IMG/VR virus record: IMGVR_UViG_3300024346_010589
Location: 1-64,000 of that record
Length of the DNA stretch: 64,000 nt
Origin: a virus
Reading direction: 5' to 3' (one strand)
Notes under the pieces: generated by a model
The model's database searches: none
What the model was told of the DNA's origin: nothing
What the model saw: the letters and a program-made list of their open reading frames with translations, nothing else
Shown here: in pieces, positions 1-9,818 of the stretch
Position numbering within the stretch: position 1 is the stretch's first letter
Layout: each line of letters opens with the position of its first letter
Translations under genes and position numbers: made by a program

Positions 1-35
1 TTGTTGAACCAACTAGTGTTTTGAAGATCATTCTG

Positions 36-1157
36 TTAGGACTGATAGATTATTTCTGAAAAATGTTTGATTAAAAATTGTATTAAATCTGGGTTGGCTT
101 CAAGCAGGTCGTTTAGCTTTGGCTCTCCATGAAGTTTAGCGGGGAATTCATGGCCTTCTTTTTTTAGAAGCTCCACAAAGTCTTCTTCTACTGATATCCA
201 TGCGCCTTTCTTGCTGATGTAGCCCCATAAGTATAGCATATCAATAAGCTCCTTCTCTACCCATATAGAGGTTCCGTTCTTGCGCCCATATTTAATTGGG
301 TACTCGAGCACATAATTGGTTTTTTCATTAGGGGATTTCTTAACGGTCATTTTTGCGACATGCCCAATTATTTTATTTTTGTCATGGTCTAATGGCGCAC
401 TAGGATTCTCTAGTATTAGGTCTTTTTTGAACCTAGGCTCAAATTCAAGTATGTAATTAGCAAAGTGAAGAAGCGCATTACCTCCTGTAGCGGTAGTTTG
501 ACGAACAGGAGCCTTGCTATATGGGTCAAGCTTGATGTCCGCGCGAACTTGGGATATGAATATAGCCATGTGACCTCTTTTAGCGAGGGCGATACTCATC
601 TTTTGCATAAACTTTGCGCCCAACAGTGCCCCACCGGCAATCTTATGAGAGTCTTCAAAGTTTTTCTTGAGGTCATCCTTCATTATTAACCCGTCCAAGG
701 AGTCTAGCACAAAGCAATATTTTATAGCCTCAGGAGTCCGCGCAATAAGAACTCTCATCAAATCTAATACAGTTTCATATATATTGGACTCAAAAACAAA
801 ACAACTACCTTGCTCCCACTCGTCCTCTTTGGACACGAACTTTATTCCAGACCTCTCTCTTACCTCTCCCGACAATCTGCCCTCCGCTTTTATATAAACA
901 GCCTTTGCTTTTGGCATTTTCAAAAAGTTCTTAGCAACCTCTAAGGCTTCAGAGGTCTTGCCCCCTTCGTTTATACCAACAAACCTATGGAGCCCAGGTC
1001 CAAGCCCTCCACCTAACTCAAAGTCAACTTTTAAGCTGCCGCAAGACACTTTATAATCTATATCTTCTTCGTAGTTGTAGTGGTGCTCTTCGTTTTGTTT
1101 TAAAAAGCTTTTGAGTGAATCTATTGATCCAGTTTCTGTTTCTGTTTTTTTACTCAT
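36..1157 (-). CDS. recA: RecA/UvsX-like recombinase
   Basis: Walker A GINEGGKTS, Walker B FVLDSLDGL, IFISQVR and TGGNAL(L)HFA RecA motifs; C-terminal KKGAWI. Confidence 0.9.
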   Translation of the reverse strand: MSKKTETETGSIDSLKSFLKQNEEHHYNYEEDIDYKVSCGSLKVDFELGGGLGPGLHRFVGINEGGKTSEALEVAKNFLKMPKAKAVYIKAEGRLSGEVRERSGIKFVSKEDEWEQGSCFVFESNIYETVLDLMRVLIARTPEAIKYCFVLDSLDGLIMKDDLKKNFEDSHKIAGGALLGAKFMQKMSIALAKRGHMAIFISQVRADIKLDPYSKAPVRQTTATGGNALLHFANYILEFEPRFKKDLILENPSAPLDHDKNKIIGHVAKMTVKKSPNEKTNYVLEYPIKYGRKNGTSIWVEKELIDMLYLWGYISKKGAWISVEEDFVELLKKEGHEFPAKLHGEPKLNDLLEANPDLIQFLIKHFSEIIYQS

Positions 1158-1486
1158 GATAGAAATTCTTTAATGTTTTTTGGTTTATTTTGTTTTATAT
1201 AATCTTCTCCTGTTTTTTCTTTTATATCTATTTGTTTATTAGGAGGTATGTTGTATGTGTATCTATTGTATTTCTTTTTGAGTTGATCTGCGTAGTAACC
1301 AGAGCGCAATACAATTATACTGTCAAGCTTCTTTGGGAACGATAAACCTTTCCAGAACCCATCAATAGGGTAGGATTCAATTAATATGTTTAGGGATTTT
1401 ATTTCCCTTCCCCAAAACAATCTCTTTTGAGTCTTGGGTTGTTCTATTAACTTTTCGATTACTTTCTTCTTTTCAGTTTGAGTCAC
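1154..1486 (-). CDS. hypothetical protein (GTG start, probably leaderless mRNA)
   Basis: 110 aa ORF, ATGA-coupled to recA, start 6 nt after a consensus -10 box. Confidence 0.7.
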   Translation of the reverse strand: MTQTEKKKVIEKLIEQPKTQKRLFWGREIKSLNILIESYPIDGFWKGLSFPKKLDSIIVLRSGYYADQLKKKYNRYTYNIPPNKQIDIKEKTGEDYIKQNKPKNIKEFLS

Positions 1487-1492
1487 CTATTA

Positions 1493-1521
1493 ATAATAGC
1501 ACAAACGATAAAAAAAGTCAA
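1493..1521 (-). promoter_or_regulatory. sigma70-type promoter TTGACT-17-TATTAT (extended -10)
   Basis: Read directly on - strand; 17 nt spacer; TGn before the -10. Confidence 0.75.
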
Positions 1522-1525
1522 GGAA

Positions 1526-2362
1526 TTAAATGAAGTATCTTGGCTGGTATTTGTAGGGGTGTGACACTGGGAGATTATTTGAAGTACCCCACTTGTGAGC
1601 TAAATATCCTTCCATCTTTTCTTGGACTGAAGAGTCTTCAAAGAATACGAGCTCGGCAATGTATCCATTTATTGGGGCAAGCTCTGACTCATTAGCTCCA
1701 ACATTAAGTGATGAAAATGGATTGGTGCCAATGTTCCCTGAATTTTCAATTTCTCCATCAATCCTGATGGTAGAATTACTTCCGTTAAATTTGACAACAA
1801 GTAAAAGATCCTCTCCCTCATTGGCGGTGTTTTGGGGTGTGGTGAGGCTGTTATTTGAACCTGCTCCACTGCCCCCTAATATTTGAATTGAACTCAAGTT
1901 ACCATTCCTCCTTACCGACATTCTATTACCAGGCCCACTATTTTCAGTGCCAGCAATAATGAAATCCTGCTGGTTATTTATATTGCATTTGAAAATTACG
2001 GCAAGGTATAACCCATTGGAGTTTTGATCGTATGCAAAAGAATTATTCTCAAGCACCTGAGCAGGTAAGTCCCAGGTTAGTACGTTTAAATTATTAAGTG
2101 TCTCTACGCCCGTCTTGGGTGCAACTTTATTGGCGGTTAATACATTTAAGTGGAATCCATTGTCTGACTTATCGTCAACTTGAGACACGATTCCAGCAGA
2201 TTCCGTTATAGTGGATATGTCGCTTGCGTCGTACCACGCAAATATTGAAGCTTCTTCTGGGGTCCAGCGATTTTGAAAATTTTTAAGCTCAGTGTTGGGG
2301 TAAAATTTAGTCTGGTATGCGGAAGTTTTACCGATGAGCCTGAAGCTTGATATTTCTCCCAT
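1526..2362 (-). CDS. LamG/concanavalin A-like domain protein (virion decoration/adhesin), paralog of the C-terminus of 46393-49704
   Basis: W..AWYDASD start and GYIAELVFF...EGYLAHKWG...LP..HPYK end, typical of phage LamG-like jelly-roll modules. Confidence 0.7.
   Translation of the reverse strand: MGEISSFRLIGKTSAYQTKFYPNTELKNFQNRWTPEEASIFAWYDASDISTITESAGIVSQVDDKSDNGFHLNVLTANKVAPKTGVETLNNLNVLTWDLPAQVLENNSFAYDQNSNGLYLAVIFKCNINNQQDFIIAGTENSGPGNRMSVRRNGNLSSIQILGGSGAGSNNSLTTPQNTANEGEDLLLVVKFNGSNSTIRIDGEIENSGNIGTNPFSSLNVGANESELAPINGYIAELVFFEDSSVQEKMEGYLAHKWGTSNNLPVSHPYKYQPRYFI
1587..2251. repeat. direct repeat copy 1 (665 bp, colinear with 46451-47115)
   Basis: Manual alignment: constant offset 44864, no indels, long identical stretches. 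Confidence 0.95.
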
Positions 2363-3078
2363 TACAAATCATGCTTTTCCTGCAACAAGCAAGTTCCTGT
2401 AAAATTAGAATCACCTGTGAAGGTAACCCTGCTGTACCTGAAATTGAATTCATCGTAATAGCTAAAAGTTGTATCGGCGGAGGACTCGATTGTTCTTGTT
2501 TCTATTGGCGTCCAGTTGATTTCATCCATACTAGCTTCAAATATAAAATTACCGGTAAAGGTATTATTGGCACCAGTATAGCAATGAGCTATATAACCGT
2601 GCTTAATGTAAGAGGGCGATTCGGCTGGGTGGAGGTCGATAGAATCGCTAGACTCGCCAAGACTGGAGCTGCTTAAGTTTTTATTAGCTTCAATACTGAC
2701 GTAGGTCTTTGGGTTGACGGTTGGAACTGGATTAGTGTCAGATACATCTACGTCGCCCACCTGTAGATTGGCGCTAACAAAATCTGTGTCGCTGGTCAAA
2801 TTTCTAATATCTAGATCGGTAGATTCAATATTAATAGATTGATTTTCACTGGTATAAATGTTTACGGAGTCTTCGTCTTTGTCTAAATTTACGTTGATCT
2901 GCGCATCTTCTATGTTTACAGTCAGTAAGTCTCCAGTATTTAAAGGTCTCCAGCCGCCAACCTCAGAATTAATTCCTTGGTCCCATATGTATTGTAAATT
3001 TACATCTGGAGAATGTGATGCTTGACTGCTTCCACTAAAAAGAGGATTATCGTATGTGCGTGTAGGTATTGTGCTCAT
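2362..3078 (-). CDS. putative virion structural protein
   Basis: Acidic, Ser/Thr/Asn-rich; DLDIRNLT..TD.V motif seen in phage structural proteins; upstream GTGTA motif. Confidence 0.5.
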   Translation of the reverse strand: MSTIPTRTYDNPLFSGSSQASHSPDVNLQYIWDQGINSEVGGWRPLNTGDLLTVNIEDAQINVNLDKDEDSVNIYTSENQSINIESTDLDIRNLTSDTDFVSANLQVGDVDVSDTNPVPTVNPKTYVSIEANKNLSSSSLGESSDSIDLHPAESPSYIKHGYIAHCYTGANNTFTGNFIFEASMDEINWTPIETRTIESSADTTFSYYDEFNFRYSRVTFTGDSNFTGTCLLQEKHDL

Positions 3079-3101
3079 AATTTTTTTATCTCATAAAGGT
3101 A

Positions 3102-3106
3102 TACAC
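3102..3106 (-). promoter_or_regulatory. GTGTA[A/T] phage promoter-like motif
   Basis: One of 9 copies, all just upstream of - strand starts. Confidence 0.5.
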
Positions 3107-3111
3107 TTTTT

Positions 3112-3546
3112 TTAGCGCCTTTTACTAGGAATTGCATAAAATCCAACAACCATAAAGCACAAATCCATGAAAGACGAGAGCATCAGGCCTCCGGTCATTT
3201 GAACTAGCTCCCAATCTTTAGCCCCAAATACCCAACTAAAGAAGCCCCATCTAGTTCCTTCTCCTTTTGGTATTATTAAGTCATAAGTTATGTCTGGATT
3301 GTGGGCGTAATAGATCATCAAATAACACATCGTAAAGGTTATCGACATAAAAAGTATACGTCTTGAGACTTTCACAAAAGGATCGCTTGCTTGAGCAGAT
3401 TGGTTTTTGCAAATAGCATCAAACATAGCTGCATCTTTGGCGGCTATAAAAAGTTGGTCTTGGCGTTTTTGTTCAAGCCAAGAATTAATTAAATTACAAA
3501 GCAGTTTGATTCCTGCCCCAAGAATTGTATTTAATATGGGCCCCAT
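3112..3546 (-). CDS. membrane protein, possible holin
   Basis: N-terminal amphipathic helix, two hydrophobic helices (ILFMSITFTMCYLMIYY; LMLSSFMDLCFMVVGFYAI), basic C-terminus SKRR. Confidence 0.45.
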   Translation of the reverse strand: MGPILNTILGAGIKLLCNLINSWLEQKRQDQLFIAAKDAAMFDAICKNQSAQASDPFVKVSRRILFMSITFTMCYLMIYYAHNPDITYDLIIPKGEGTRWGFFSWVFGAKDWELVQMTGGLMLSSFMDLCFMVVGFYAIPSKRR

Positions 3547-3740
3547 CAGTCCGGAAGCTTATCGTAGTCGGCCTTACTGCAGAATTTAGTCAGCTTGGTG
3601 CCGTCTTCATCTACCGCTTTTAAGGCATATCTTATCGATTGCTTTCCGGTCTTGGTTGTTTTCTCGTAAGCTTGTTTTGTTACGCTTGACTCATCAACTG
3701 AGACTTTTTTTTTCTTTTTTACGTTATAAAATTCGATCAT
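3546..3740 (-). CDS. small basic protein, CC1/Cren7-like putative nucleoid protein (64 aa)
   Basis: Start re-assigned to ATG 3740 (MIEFYNVKKKKK...), 12 nt after a GTGTA motif; Lys-rich; FYxVK...T..G...YAxxA...GxKxxKF pattern. Confidence 0.55.
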   Translation of the reverse strand: MIEFYNVKKKKKVSVDESSVTKQAYEKTTKTGKQSIRYALKAVDEDGTKLTKFCSKADYDKLPD

Positions 3741-3752
3741 AGTAAAAGTATT

Positions 3753-3757
3753 TACAC
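3753..3757 (-). promoter_or_regulatory. GTGTA motif, 12 nt before ATG 3740
   Basis: GTGTAAATACTTTTACTATG. Confidence 0.6.
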
Positions 3758-4750
3758 TTAATACCCTGATGAATCGCTGCAATTTTGCATCTGATCGTAA
3801 ATCCAAGCATAAGTTTTCTCGAGTCCATCTTGTAGGCTGATTGATGGAGCCCATCCAAGAACCTCTTTGATCATTTCATTGTCGCTATTTCGACCACGAA
3901 CTCCTTGTGGCGCATCAAGATTGTAGTTTCTTTTTAATTTAATGCCTCCAATGCCTTCGGCTATATCAACCAGCTGATTGATTGAAACCATTTCGTCGCT
4001 GCCTAAATTCAATGGACGAGTGTCGCCTTTTTTCCACATCAAGTCCATTCCGGTTATGCAATCGTCGATATACATAAAAGAACGAGTTTGTTCGCCATCG
4101 CCCCAGATTTCAATTTCATGATTGCCGCTCATCTTAGCGTCAATAACTTTGCGGCAAATAGCTGCTGGAGCTTTTTCGCGGCCTCCGCGCCATGTGCCAT
4201 AAGGGCCATAAACATTGTGGTATCGACAGACCCTAGAGTCAATATTAAAGTCTTTGCCGTAGTAAGAAGTTAAGATCTCGCTAAAGAGTTTCTCCCAGCC
4301 ATATCCATCTTCCGGATTTGCCGGGTATGCAGTGTGCTCTTTTAAGCCCTGGGAGGCCGCATCTCTAATGTCGGACTGAATCTCTTGAGGGTAAATGCAG
4401 GCAGAGGAGCTATAGAGTATTTCTTTTACTCCATTGTCTCTAGCCGCCATAAGCATATGCGCCTGAATTAAAACTGATTCCATACAAAGAGCATGATTAT
4501 TTTGAATGAAACCCATGCCACCCATGTTGCAGGCAAGATTGTAGATTCGCTCAACACCTTTTGATAGATTATAGCAATGGTGCTTTTCCCCAAGATCACA
4601 GTCAAAATGATTTTCAGCAGCATCAAAAGTTTGATACCACTCTTCTGATGGTTTAATATCGGCAGCAATAACTTCGTGCCCTTGAGCTAGCAAATCTTTA
4701 ACTAAATAACCGGCAATAAAGCCGCCTGCTCCTCCTACTAATATTTTCAT
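3758..4750 (-). CDS. GDP-mannose 3,5-epimerase-like NAD-dependent epimerase
   Basis: GAGGFIAG Rossmann motif, NLACNMGGMGFI, YGWEKLFSE, GGREKAPAAICRKV, GVRGRNSDN are characteristic of GME. Confidence 0.85.
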   Translation of the reverse strand: MKILVGGAGGFIAGYLVKDLLAQGHEVIAADIKPSEEWYQTFDAAENHFDCDLGEKHHCYNLSKGVERIYNLACNMGGMGFIQNNHALCMESVLIQAHMLMAARDNGVKEILYSSSACIYPQEIQSDIRDAASQGLKEHTAYPANPEDGYGWEKLFSEILTSYYGKDFNIDSRVCRYHNVYGPYGTWRGGREKAPAAICRKVIDAKMSGNHEIEIWGDGEQTRSFMYIDDCITGMDLMWKKGDTRPLNLGSDEMVSINQLVDIAEGIGGIKLKRNYNLDAPQGVRGRNSDNEMIKEVLGWAPSISLQDGLEKTYAWIYDQMQNCSDSSGY

Positions 4751-5313
4751 TTTTTTGTTAATGAATATTGAAATTTAAAGATTTCAAAATTTTCTATTTC
4801 ATCAAAATAACATTCCAAAAATGTATCTACCGCTGGTATGATCCCGAAATCAAGCAGTTTAATTTGAGCGTCATCGTCTTGGTAGGCATTTCCGCATAGA
4901 AATCCGCCGGGTTTTAATTTGCGCCACCAGTTCTCTAAATCTTTTTGAGCAAAAGAATATGAATGGTTGGCATCTAGGTAGATCCAGTCAAGCGATTCGT
5001 CTGCGAAATCATAAAGAGCATCAATCGAATATTTTTCTATGACATTAACTCTTGAATCAGTGTAAAATTTATCCTTCACTTCTTGCTTGATGACGTCTAT
5101 TTCTTCTTGAGGAATAGCATGCCATCTAGCTGGAATATCCATTATGCTAACCCATGGGTCAACCAAATAAAGCGCTGATGGTTCCATTTTTATAATAAAC
5201 TCAGAAAAATCTCCCCTAAAAACACCTATTTCTGCGCATTTATCGCCGGGCTTTATTTTTTCCAATAGAGAGAGTCTTGAGTCGTCTAGTTCAAATTTGT
5301 ATGGTAATGGCAT
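4747..5313 (-). CDS. class I SAM methyltransferase (Methyltransf_24-like)
   Basis: EIGVFRGDFS, LVDPW, DWIYLDANHSY, KLKPGG. Confidence 0.85.
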   Translation of the reverse strand: MPLPYKFELDDSRLSLLEKIKPGDKCAEIGVFRGDFSEFIIKMEPSALYLVDPWVSIMDIPARWHAIPQEEIDVIKQEVKDKFYTDSRVNVIEKYSIDALYDFADESLDWIYLDANHSYSFAQKDLENWWRKLKPGGFLCGNAYQDDDAQIKLLDFGIIPAVDTFLECYFDEIENFEIFKFQYSLTKK

Positions 5314-5318
5314 TTTGT

Positions 5319-5912
5319 TTAAAATTTATAATTATATTGCTTTATGTCTTGTTTATATATATTATACACAATATTCTTGCTATCTTCTATGTATAATTCT
5401 CTATAGTCTTTATTGTTTGTTGAGTTTGTTTTTGGTAGGTTCTTCATTGGGAGGTTTAAGCGAGAGCGAATACTGAAGTAATCATGCTGTATGTTCTCGT
5501 GCCGACCAATAAAATCAACAGGCTCATCTAAGAAATAAGAGAACGGTTGAAAGTGAATCCCAGACTCATAGGAGCCATCTTCTCTTTTCATTAGTTGCTT
5601 GAAGTCGCCTATGTGATTAACAAAACCGCTGAAGTCTAGTTTGTTAGCCAGGTCAGCTATAATACTGTTTCTTTTGTACCATCTATGGCCCGGAACTAAT
5701 TTTTGAAAATACCTATAAGCAGAAGCAACCCTATCGTATGGATTTCGAATAAACGTAAAAGAAAAATATCCTTGGCTGATGTAATCAAAATGACAAGAAG
5801 CTGGACTATGCCCAGAGAAACCCACAGAAGTTAATTTTAAGTCAAGATTAATTGAACTACCAGCACACTTAGGAATATGCACGAATACGCACTTCAACTT
5901 TTCTGAAATCAT
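5319..5912 (-). CDS. carbohydrate sulfotransferase (Sulfotransfer_2 family)
   Basis: 5'-PSB FVHIPKCAGSS and 3'-PB RNPYDRVASAY; FIGRHENIQHD. Confidence 0.85.
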   Translation of the reverse strand: MISEKLKCVFVHIPKCAGSSINLDLKLTSVGFSGHSPASCHFDYISQGYFSFTFIRNPYDRVASAYRYFQKLVPGHRWYKRNSIIADLANKLDFSGFVNHIGDFKQLMKREDGSYESGIHFQPFSYFLDEPVDFIGRHENIQHDYFSIRSRLNLPMKNLPKTNSTNNKDYRELYIEDSKNIVYNIYKQDIKQYNYKF

Positions 5913-5916
5913 TATT

Positions 5917-6531
5917 TTATTGGTCGAATGGGTACCCAGAGTTAAGGTATGTTTTGTAATCTTTTTTGGAGAAATAATCCCATCCGGTTAATTTGCATAG
6001 ACCCAAGATAACTTCAAGAAAATAAAAAGAATTTGGATGAACTTTATATCCATCTTTCAAAATTTTTGTTTGACCATGAATTTTATCTTTATTTTTTAAG
6101 ATTATGTTGTAACCGCAAATGTTGATATTATATTTCCTTGACCTATCTTTCATTCCCATAAGTTTAGATTCGTCTTTTGGGTCATAAAAGTAATCGCTGA
6201 AACTGATTACTTGGCAGGCTTTAGTTTCGTAGGATTGTATTTTTTTGTAATTGTGTATCTTTGAGGTCTCTTCTTTTATGGGTTGGTAGATGATATGTGT
6301 AGCAGACTCCAGAAAGTCAATGGATTCTAAATTATTATATATACTATTGCTGAGCTGATCTCCCCATATGTTTTTGTCACGAAACATTGGTAGGGGACGC
6401 TCCCCGAGAATGCAATCGGGACATATATACTTGCAGGAGGATAGGAAATTTAATTTCCCTAGGTACCAGCATAAAGCTTGAGCTTGACAGTTGCCAACTA
6501 CAGCGACTTTGGTCGAGCCATCATGATTCAT
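5917..6531 (-). CDS. WcbI-like polysaccharide biosynthesis protein
   Basis: VVGNCQAQAL N-terminal motif, IIYQPI and HP motifs. Confidence 0.55.
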   Translation of the reverse strand: MNHDGSTKVAVVGNCQAQALCWYLGKLNFLSSCKYICPDCILGERPLPMFRDKNIWGDQLSNSIYNNLESIDFLESATHIIYQPIKEETSKIHNYKKIQSYETKACQVISFSDYFYDPKDESKLMGMKDRSRKYNINICGYNIILKNKDKIHGQTKILKDGYKVHPNSFYFLEVILGLCKLTGWDYFSKKDYKTYLNSGYPFDQ

Positions 6532-7070
6532 TTCTTCTGGAAAACAAATTGATCTTTAATTAATTCCGAATGATTAATTTCAGATTCGCGCTCTTGCCTG
6601 AACTCGTCAACAGCCTGCACAATCCCGAATTGCAATTCTTCAACTTGATATTTTCCTTCGATATAATCATCGCCGCACAAATAACCTCCACTCTTAAGCT
6701 TTGGCCACCAGCCATTAAGGTCTTCTTTTACAAATTCATAGCTGTGATTGCCGTCAATATAAATCCAATCCACAGAACCATCTTTAATATCAGCCATTGC
6801 ATCAACGGAAAATTTTCGTATTAACTTAACCTTTTTGTTGAAGAAGAACCTTCTTTTTACCGTGTTGTAAATATCATCTAAGTTTTTTTGCTCAGTATTG
6901 TGAAGGCGGCCTTCTACATCGTTGATAGTTTGCCAGGGGTCAATTAAGTAAAGCTCAGAAATTGGAAGCTGAGCTATATGCCTAGACAAATCACCCTTCC
7001 AAACTCCAACCTCCACACAAACTGCGTCGTTTTTAATAAATTGCAATACTCCTTTGTTTCCTAAGCTCAT
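6528..7070 (-). CDS. class I SAM methyltransferase (Methyltransf_24-like), paralog of 4747-5313
   Basis: EVGVWKGD, LIDPW, DWIYIDGNHSY, KLKSGGYLCGDDY. Confidence 0.85.
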   Translation of the reverse strand: MSLGNKGVLQFIKNDAVCVEVGVWKGDLSRHIAQLPISELYLIDPWQTINDVEGRLHNTEQKNLDDIYNTVKRRFFFNKKVKLIRKFSVDAMADIKDGSVDWIYIDGNHSYEFVKEDLNGWWPKLKSGGYLCGDDYIEGKYQVEELQFGIVQAVDEFRQERESEINHSELIKDQFVFQKK

Positions 7071-7072
7071 TT

Positions 7073-7777
7073 TTAGTCCTTATATATTATTGTTTTTTCA
7101 CATTCAGGTAGTTTTGGTATTTTAAAACCATCCTTCCTCATATTATACACTAAATTTTTTGTCATTTTGCCGGCATCCAGAGATTCAGCCATGTTGATTT
7201 GATTACTACTGGTGGCGTATAGATCTTTGACTGGCTTGAAGTTCATTATCGGATAAAGCTTTAATAGTGGGTAGTGCTCTTCTAATCTTTCGTTCAGGTA
7301 CAAATATTCGATCACTTCTTTTTTGATTAGTTGGGGTTGAAATATCTGATGGTGATTTTTCTTTTTGATTAAATTGTGGCCGCCGATGTTTGTTGTGCCT
7401 TTTAGATGGCTTTTGTGGGCGTCTGCATTTTTTGTAAACATAAAGCCGCCAATATTCGGAGCGTTGAATTGATAAAGGTCTTTTATTATTTGTTTGTTTT
7501 TAAAATCCAATATGTATTTGTCATCTTGCGCCCACCATACAAATTCGTCAGGATTAACCACAGAAAGTAAAGTCCGGATGGTTGGCTTAACCGCGCTATC
7601 GGTCTGTAATAGTTTGATTTTATCGGCGCCGTATTTATCTACTAAATGGTTGGGCTTGATTTTGTTCCACGGAACGTAAAAAACAAAAGGATTACCAGGC
7701 CAGCATTTAAAATATGTGTGCAGGACGTACTCCATGATCGGCATGTTTCGATCAAAAGTAAAACAAATAGCTTTCAT
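7073..7777 (-). CDS. putative GT-A glycosyltransferase
   Basis: VWWAQDDKY acidic motif after a Rossmann-like N-terminus; island context. Confidence 0.45.
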   Translation of the reverse strand: MKAICFTFDRNMPIMEYVLHTYFKCWPGNPFVFYVPWNKIKPNHLVDKYGADKIKLLQTDSAVKPTIRTLLSVVNPDEFVWWAQDDKYILDFKNKQIIKDLYQFNAPNIGGFMFTKNADAHKSHLKGTTNIGGHNLIKKKNHHQIFQPQLIKKEVIEYLYLNERLEEHYPLLKLYPIMNFKPVKDLYATSSNQINMAESLDAGKMTKNLVYNMRKDGFKIPKLPECEKTIIYKD

Positions 7778-8545
7778 TTAAAACTCAGGCAAGTAGTGGT
7801 CAGGAAACCAATTATTCTTGCACTCATTAACCCGATACATTTCAAGACTAGGGTTAATTATCTTCGCCCAACTAGAAAAGGCAGAGTGAGATTTTATAAC
7901 ACATCCACACTTTGATAGAAGTAGCATTTCTAAGATAGAGTTTTTCGTAATAGAAAGCTTGTCGGGATTAGAAGCTAAGGTCTTATGAAAATGTGGAGGT
8001 AAGTGGGTTGACAAAACTGTAACCCCTAAATTTTTAACAAAGCTTATGATAGTTTGTTTGCTATCTGCCTCATCTGATATAACAAAAACTGACTCAAAGC
8101 AACGATCCTTCAGGAAGGATTCTAATTTTAATAAAAAAGCAGTCAAATTAATAATCTTGCAATCTTTATTGTTGGTTAATTTATCTGTACCTCGAAAATG
8201 AATACCTAAGCATTTTTCTGGTATAAAATCTATATCAAGTTGATCTGTAATGCTTGGACAAAATTCAAAATATTCATTGAAATAAAAGTTTGCCTCTTTG
8301 AAATTGGTATACTGGTATCTTTCTATACTTAATAGATCTACTCTTGTATCTGAATTTGTTGTTTGTTTTTTTGGTTTGATGATATGGGGGGTAATCCTAT
8401 CTTGGTCCGAAGGGTTTCCATGGTTTACGTTTCTAATATCCCAATGAGGGTATATCTTATTTTTATATAAATAAGGCAGCCTTGAATTAATCCAGTTTAA
8501 GGATGAGCCAAACAAACCCTCCTCGCTTTCGTTGAAGACTTTCAT
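7778..8545 (-). CDS. fucosyltransferase-like (NodZ/GT23/O-FucT clan)
   Basis: Motif I LGIHFRGTDK, motif II FVISD, motif III EMLLLSKC...SAFSSWA. Confidence 0.75.
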   Translation of the reverse strand: MKVFNESEEGLFGSSLNWINSRLPYLYKNKIYPHWDIRNVNHGNPSDQDRITPHIIKPKKQTTNSDTRVDLLSIERYQYTNFKEANFYFNEYFEFCPSITDQLDIDFIPEKCLGIHFRGTDKLTNNKDCKIINLTAFLLKLESFLKDRCFESVFVISDEADSKQTIISFVKNLGVTVLSTHLPPHFHKTLASNPDKLSITKNSILEMLLLSKCGCVIKSHSAFSSWAKIINPSLEMYRVNECKNNWFPDHYLPEF

Positions 8546-9192
8546 TTATTAATATTAAATTTTAGTACAGGCTTATCTTGCCATGGGTTTATTTCTACTG
8601 GCAGTATGTTGCATTTCTCTAGATATTTAGCTACCGCAAGGTCTTCGTATATATCGTAGTTTCTAATCTCTGAAAGTTTGTAAAAGTTTTTCCATTTATT
8701 CAAAGACTTGGAACTAAGGAAGTATGTTGTTCCGCCGTCTATCCAGTCGGGGTACCTGCCGCTATATCTTTTGTTGAACCAAGGTGAATCTTCTCTTACT
8801 CTTCCAATGTGCCAGCCGCGCTTTCCGTCGCCGCTTTTGAGCTTGAATCCAGCGTAATCTAGGCCTTCAAGGGACTCGGTTAGTGATTCTTCACGCTCAA
8901 TATTCCAGCGCATGAAATCAACATCATCATCTATCTTCCAGAAGTAATCATAGCTGTCAGCGTATCCGTTATCTGCCAAATATCCATAGATGGCAAACAT
9001 TTTCTCTGGCAGATCTTCATAGAGATCGCGGCATTTTAATTGGATGACATTTTCTTCTATCTGTTTTTCTTCTTTGCCACCAGTAAAGATTAAATAGTCC
9101 CCAAGACCCCACTCATTAACACGAGCCTTTATGTCTTCAACTCTATGAATATATTTGTGACAACAGACGAAAATTTTAAATATTTTTTTCAC
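8542..9192 (-). CDS. GT31/Galactosyl_T-like glycosyltransferase
   Basis: D.YEDLPEK, YFWKIDDD, GGTTYFLS and EDLAV motifs. Confidence 0.7.
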   Translation of the reverse strand: MKKIFKIFVCCHKYIHRVEDIKARVNEWGLGDYLIFTGGKEEKQIEENVIQLKCRDLYEDLPEKMFAIYGYLADNGYADSYDYFWKIDDDVDFMRWNIEREESLTESLEGLDYAGFKLKSGDGKRGWHIGRVREDSPWFNKRYSGRYPDWIDGGTTYFLSSKSLNKWKNFYKLSEIRNYDIYEDLAVAKYLEKCNILPVEINPWQDKPVLKFNINK

Positions 9193-9818
9193 AATAACCA
9201 GTGGTTGAATTGTTTCATCTTTTGTACTTTGCCTTCTATGGAATCTACACTATTATAATGAACAATAGATGGATTTAATCTTTTATTCCATTTGTACCAG
9301 CGATATCCATTGGGGAAAGAGTCTTGATCAAGCTTGTGGACTTTTAGGCTAGAGTATTTGTCTGATTGTAATTTAGTATGGATATAATTTTGATCGCTTT
9401 GCTCACCATCTAAAACAAATTTCTCGGTTGTGTCAAAAAGATCTACTGTTAAATCAGAAGATTTGACCATATAAAAACCCGTGCAGAGCCTATCAAAATC
9501 ATTTTGCCCAACAATATCGAAATTATCAAGTAATCCATACATGTATTCTGTGGGATCTTTTAGGTAGAAAATATCTAAGTCGGTGCAAAAAACAGTGTAA
9601 CCTTGTTTTAATAACTGATGGGTGTGATCTAATTTTTTGTATACGGTATCCAGGAAGCCTTGACTTTGCCAGTCCCCCGATTTTGTCTCAACATTTATAA
9701 CCTCAACACTGGAAATAATTGAATCAAAAGAAGATGTGTTGGCTAAGAAATTATCACGAATAGATTTGTATCTATTGTCTCCCGAACTAATTACAGAAAT
9801 TAATTTTAAATTAGTCAT
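9189..9818 (-). CDS. nucleotide-diphospho-sugar transferase (GT77-like)
   Basis: FCTDLDIFYLKDP, CTGFY, SDQ, FPNG, VHYN; start re-assigned to MTNLK, overlapping the upstream stop. Confidence 0.75.
   Translation of the reverse strand: MTNLKLISVISSGDNRYKSIRDNFLANTSSFDSIISSVEVINVETKSGDWQSQGFLDTVYKKLDHTHQLLKQGYTVFCTDLDIFYLKDPTEYMYGLLDNFDIVGQNDFDRLCTGFYMVKSSDLTVDLFDTTEKFVLDGEQSDQNYIHTKLQSDKYSSLKVHKLDQDSFPNGYRWYKWNKRLNPSIVHYNSVDSIEGKVQKMKQFNHWLL

Noticed and set aside
3741-3854. N-terminal extension of ORF 3546-3854
   Set aside because: Overlaps the epimerase by ~100 nt; ATG 3740 behind the GTGTA motif is the better start
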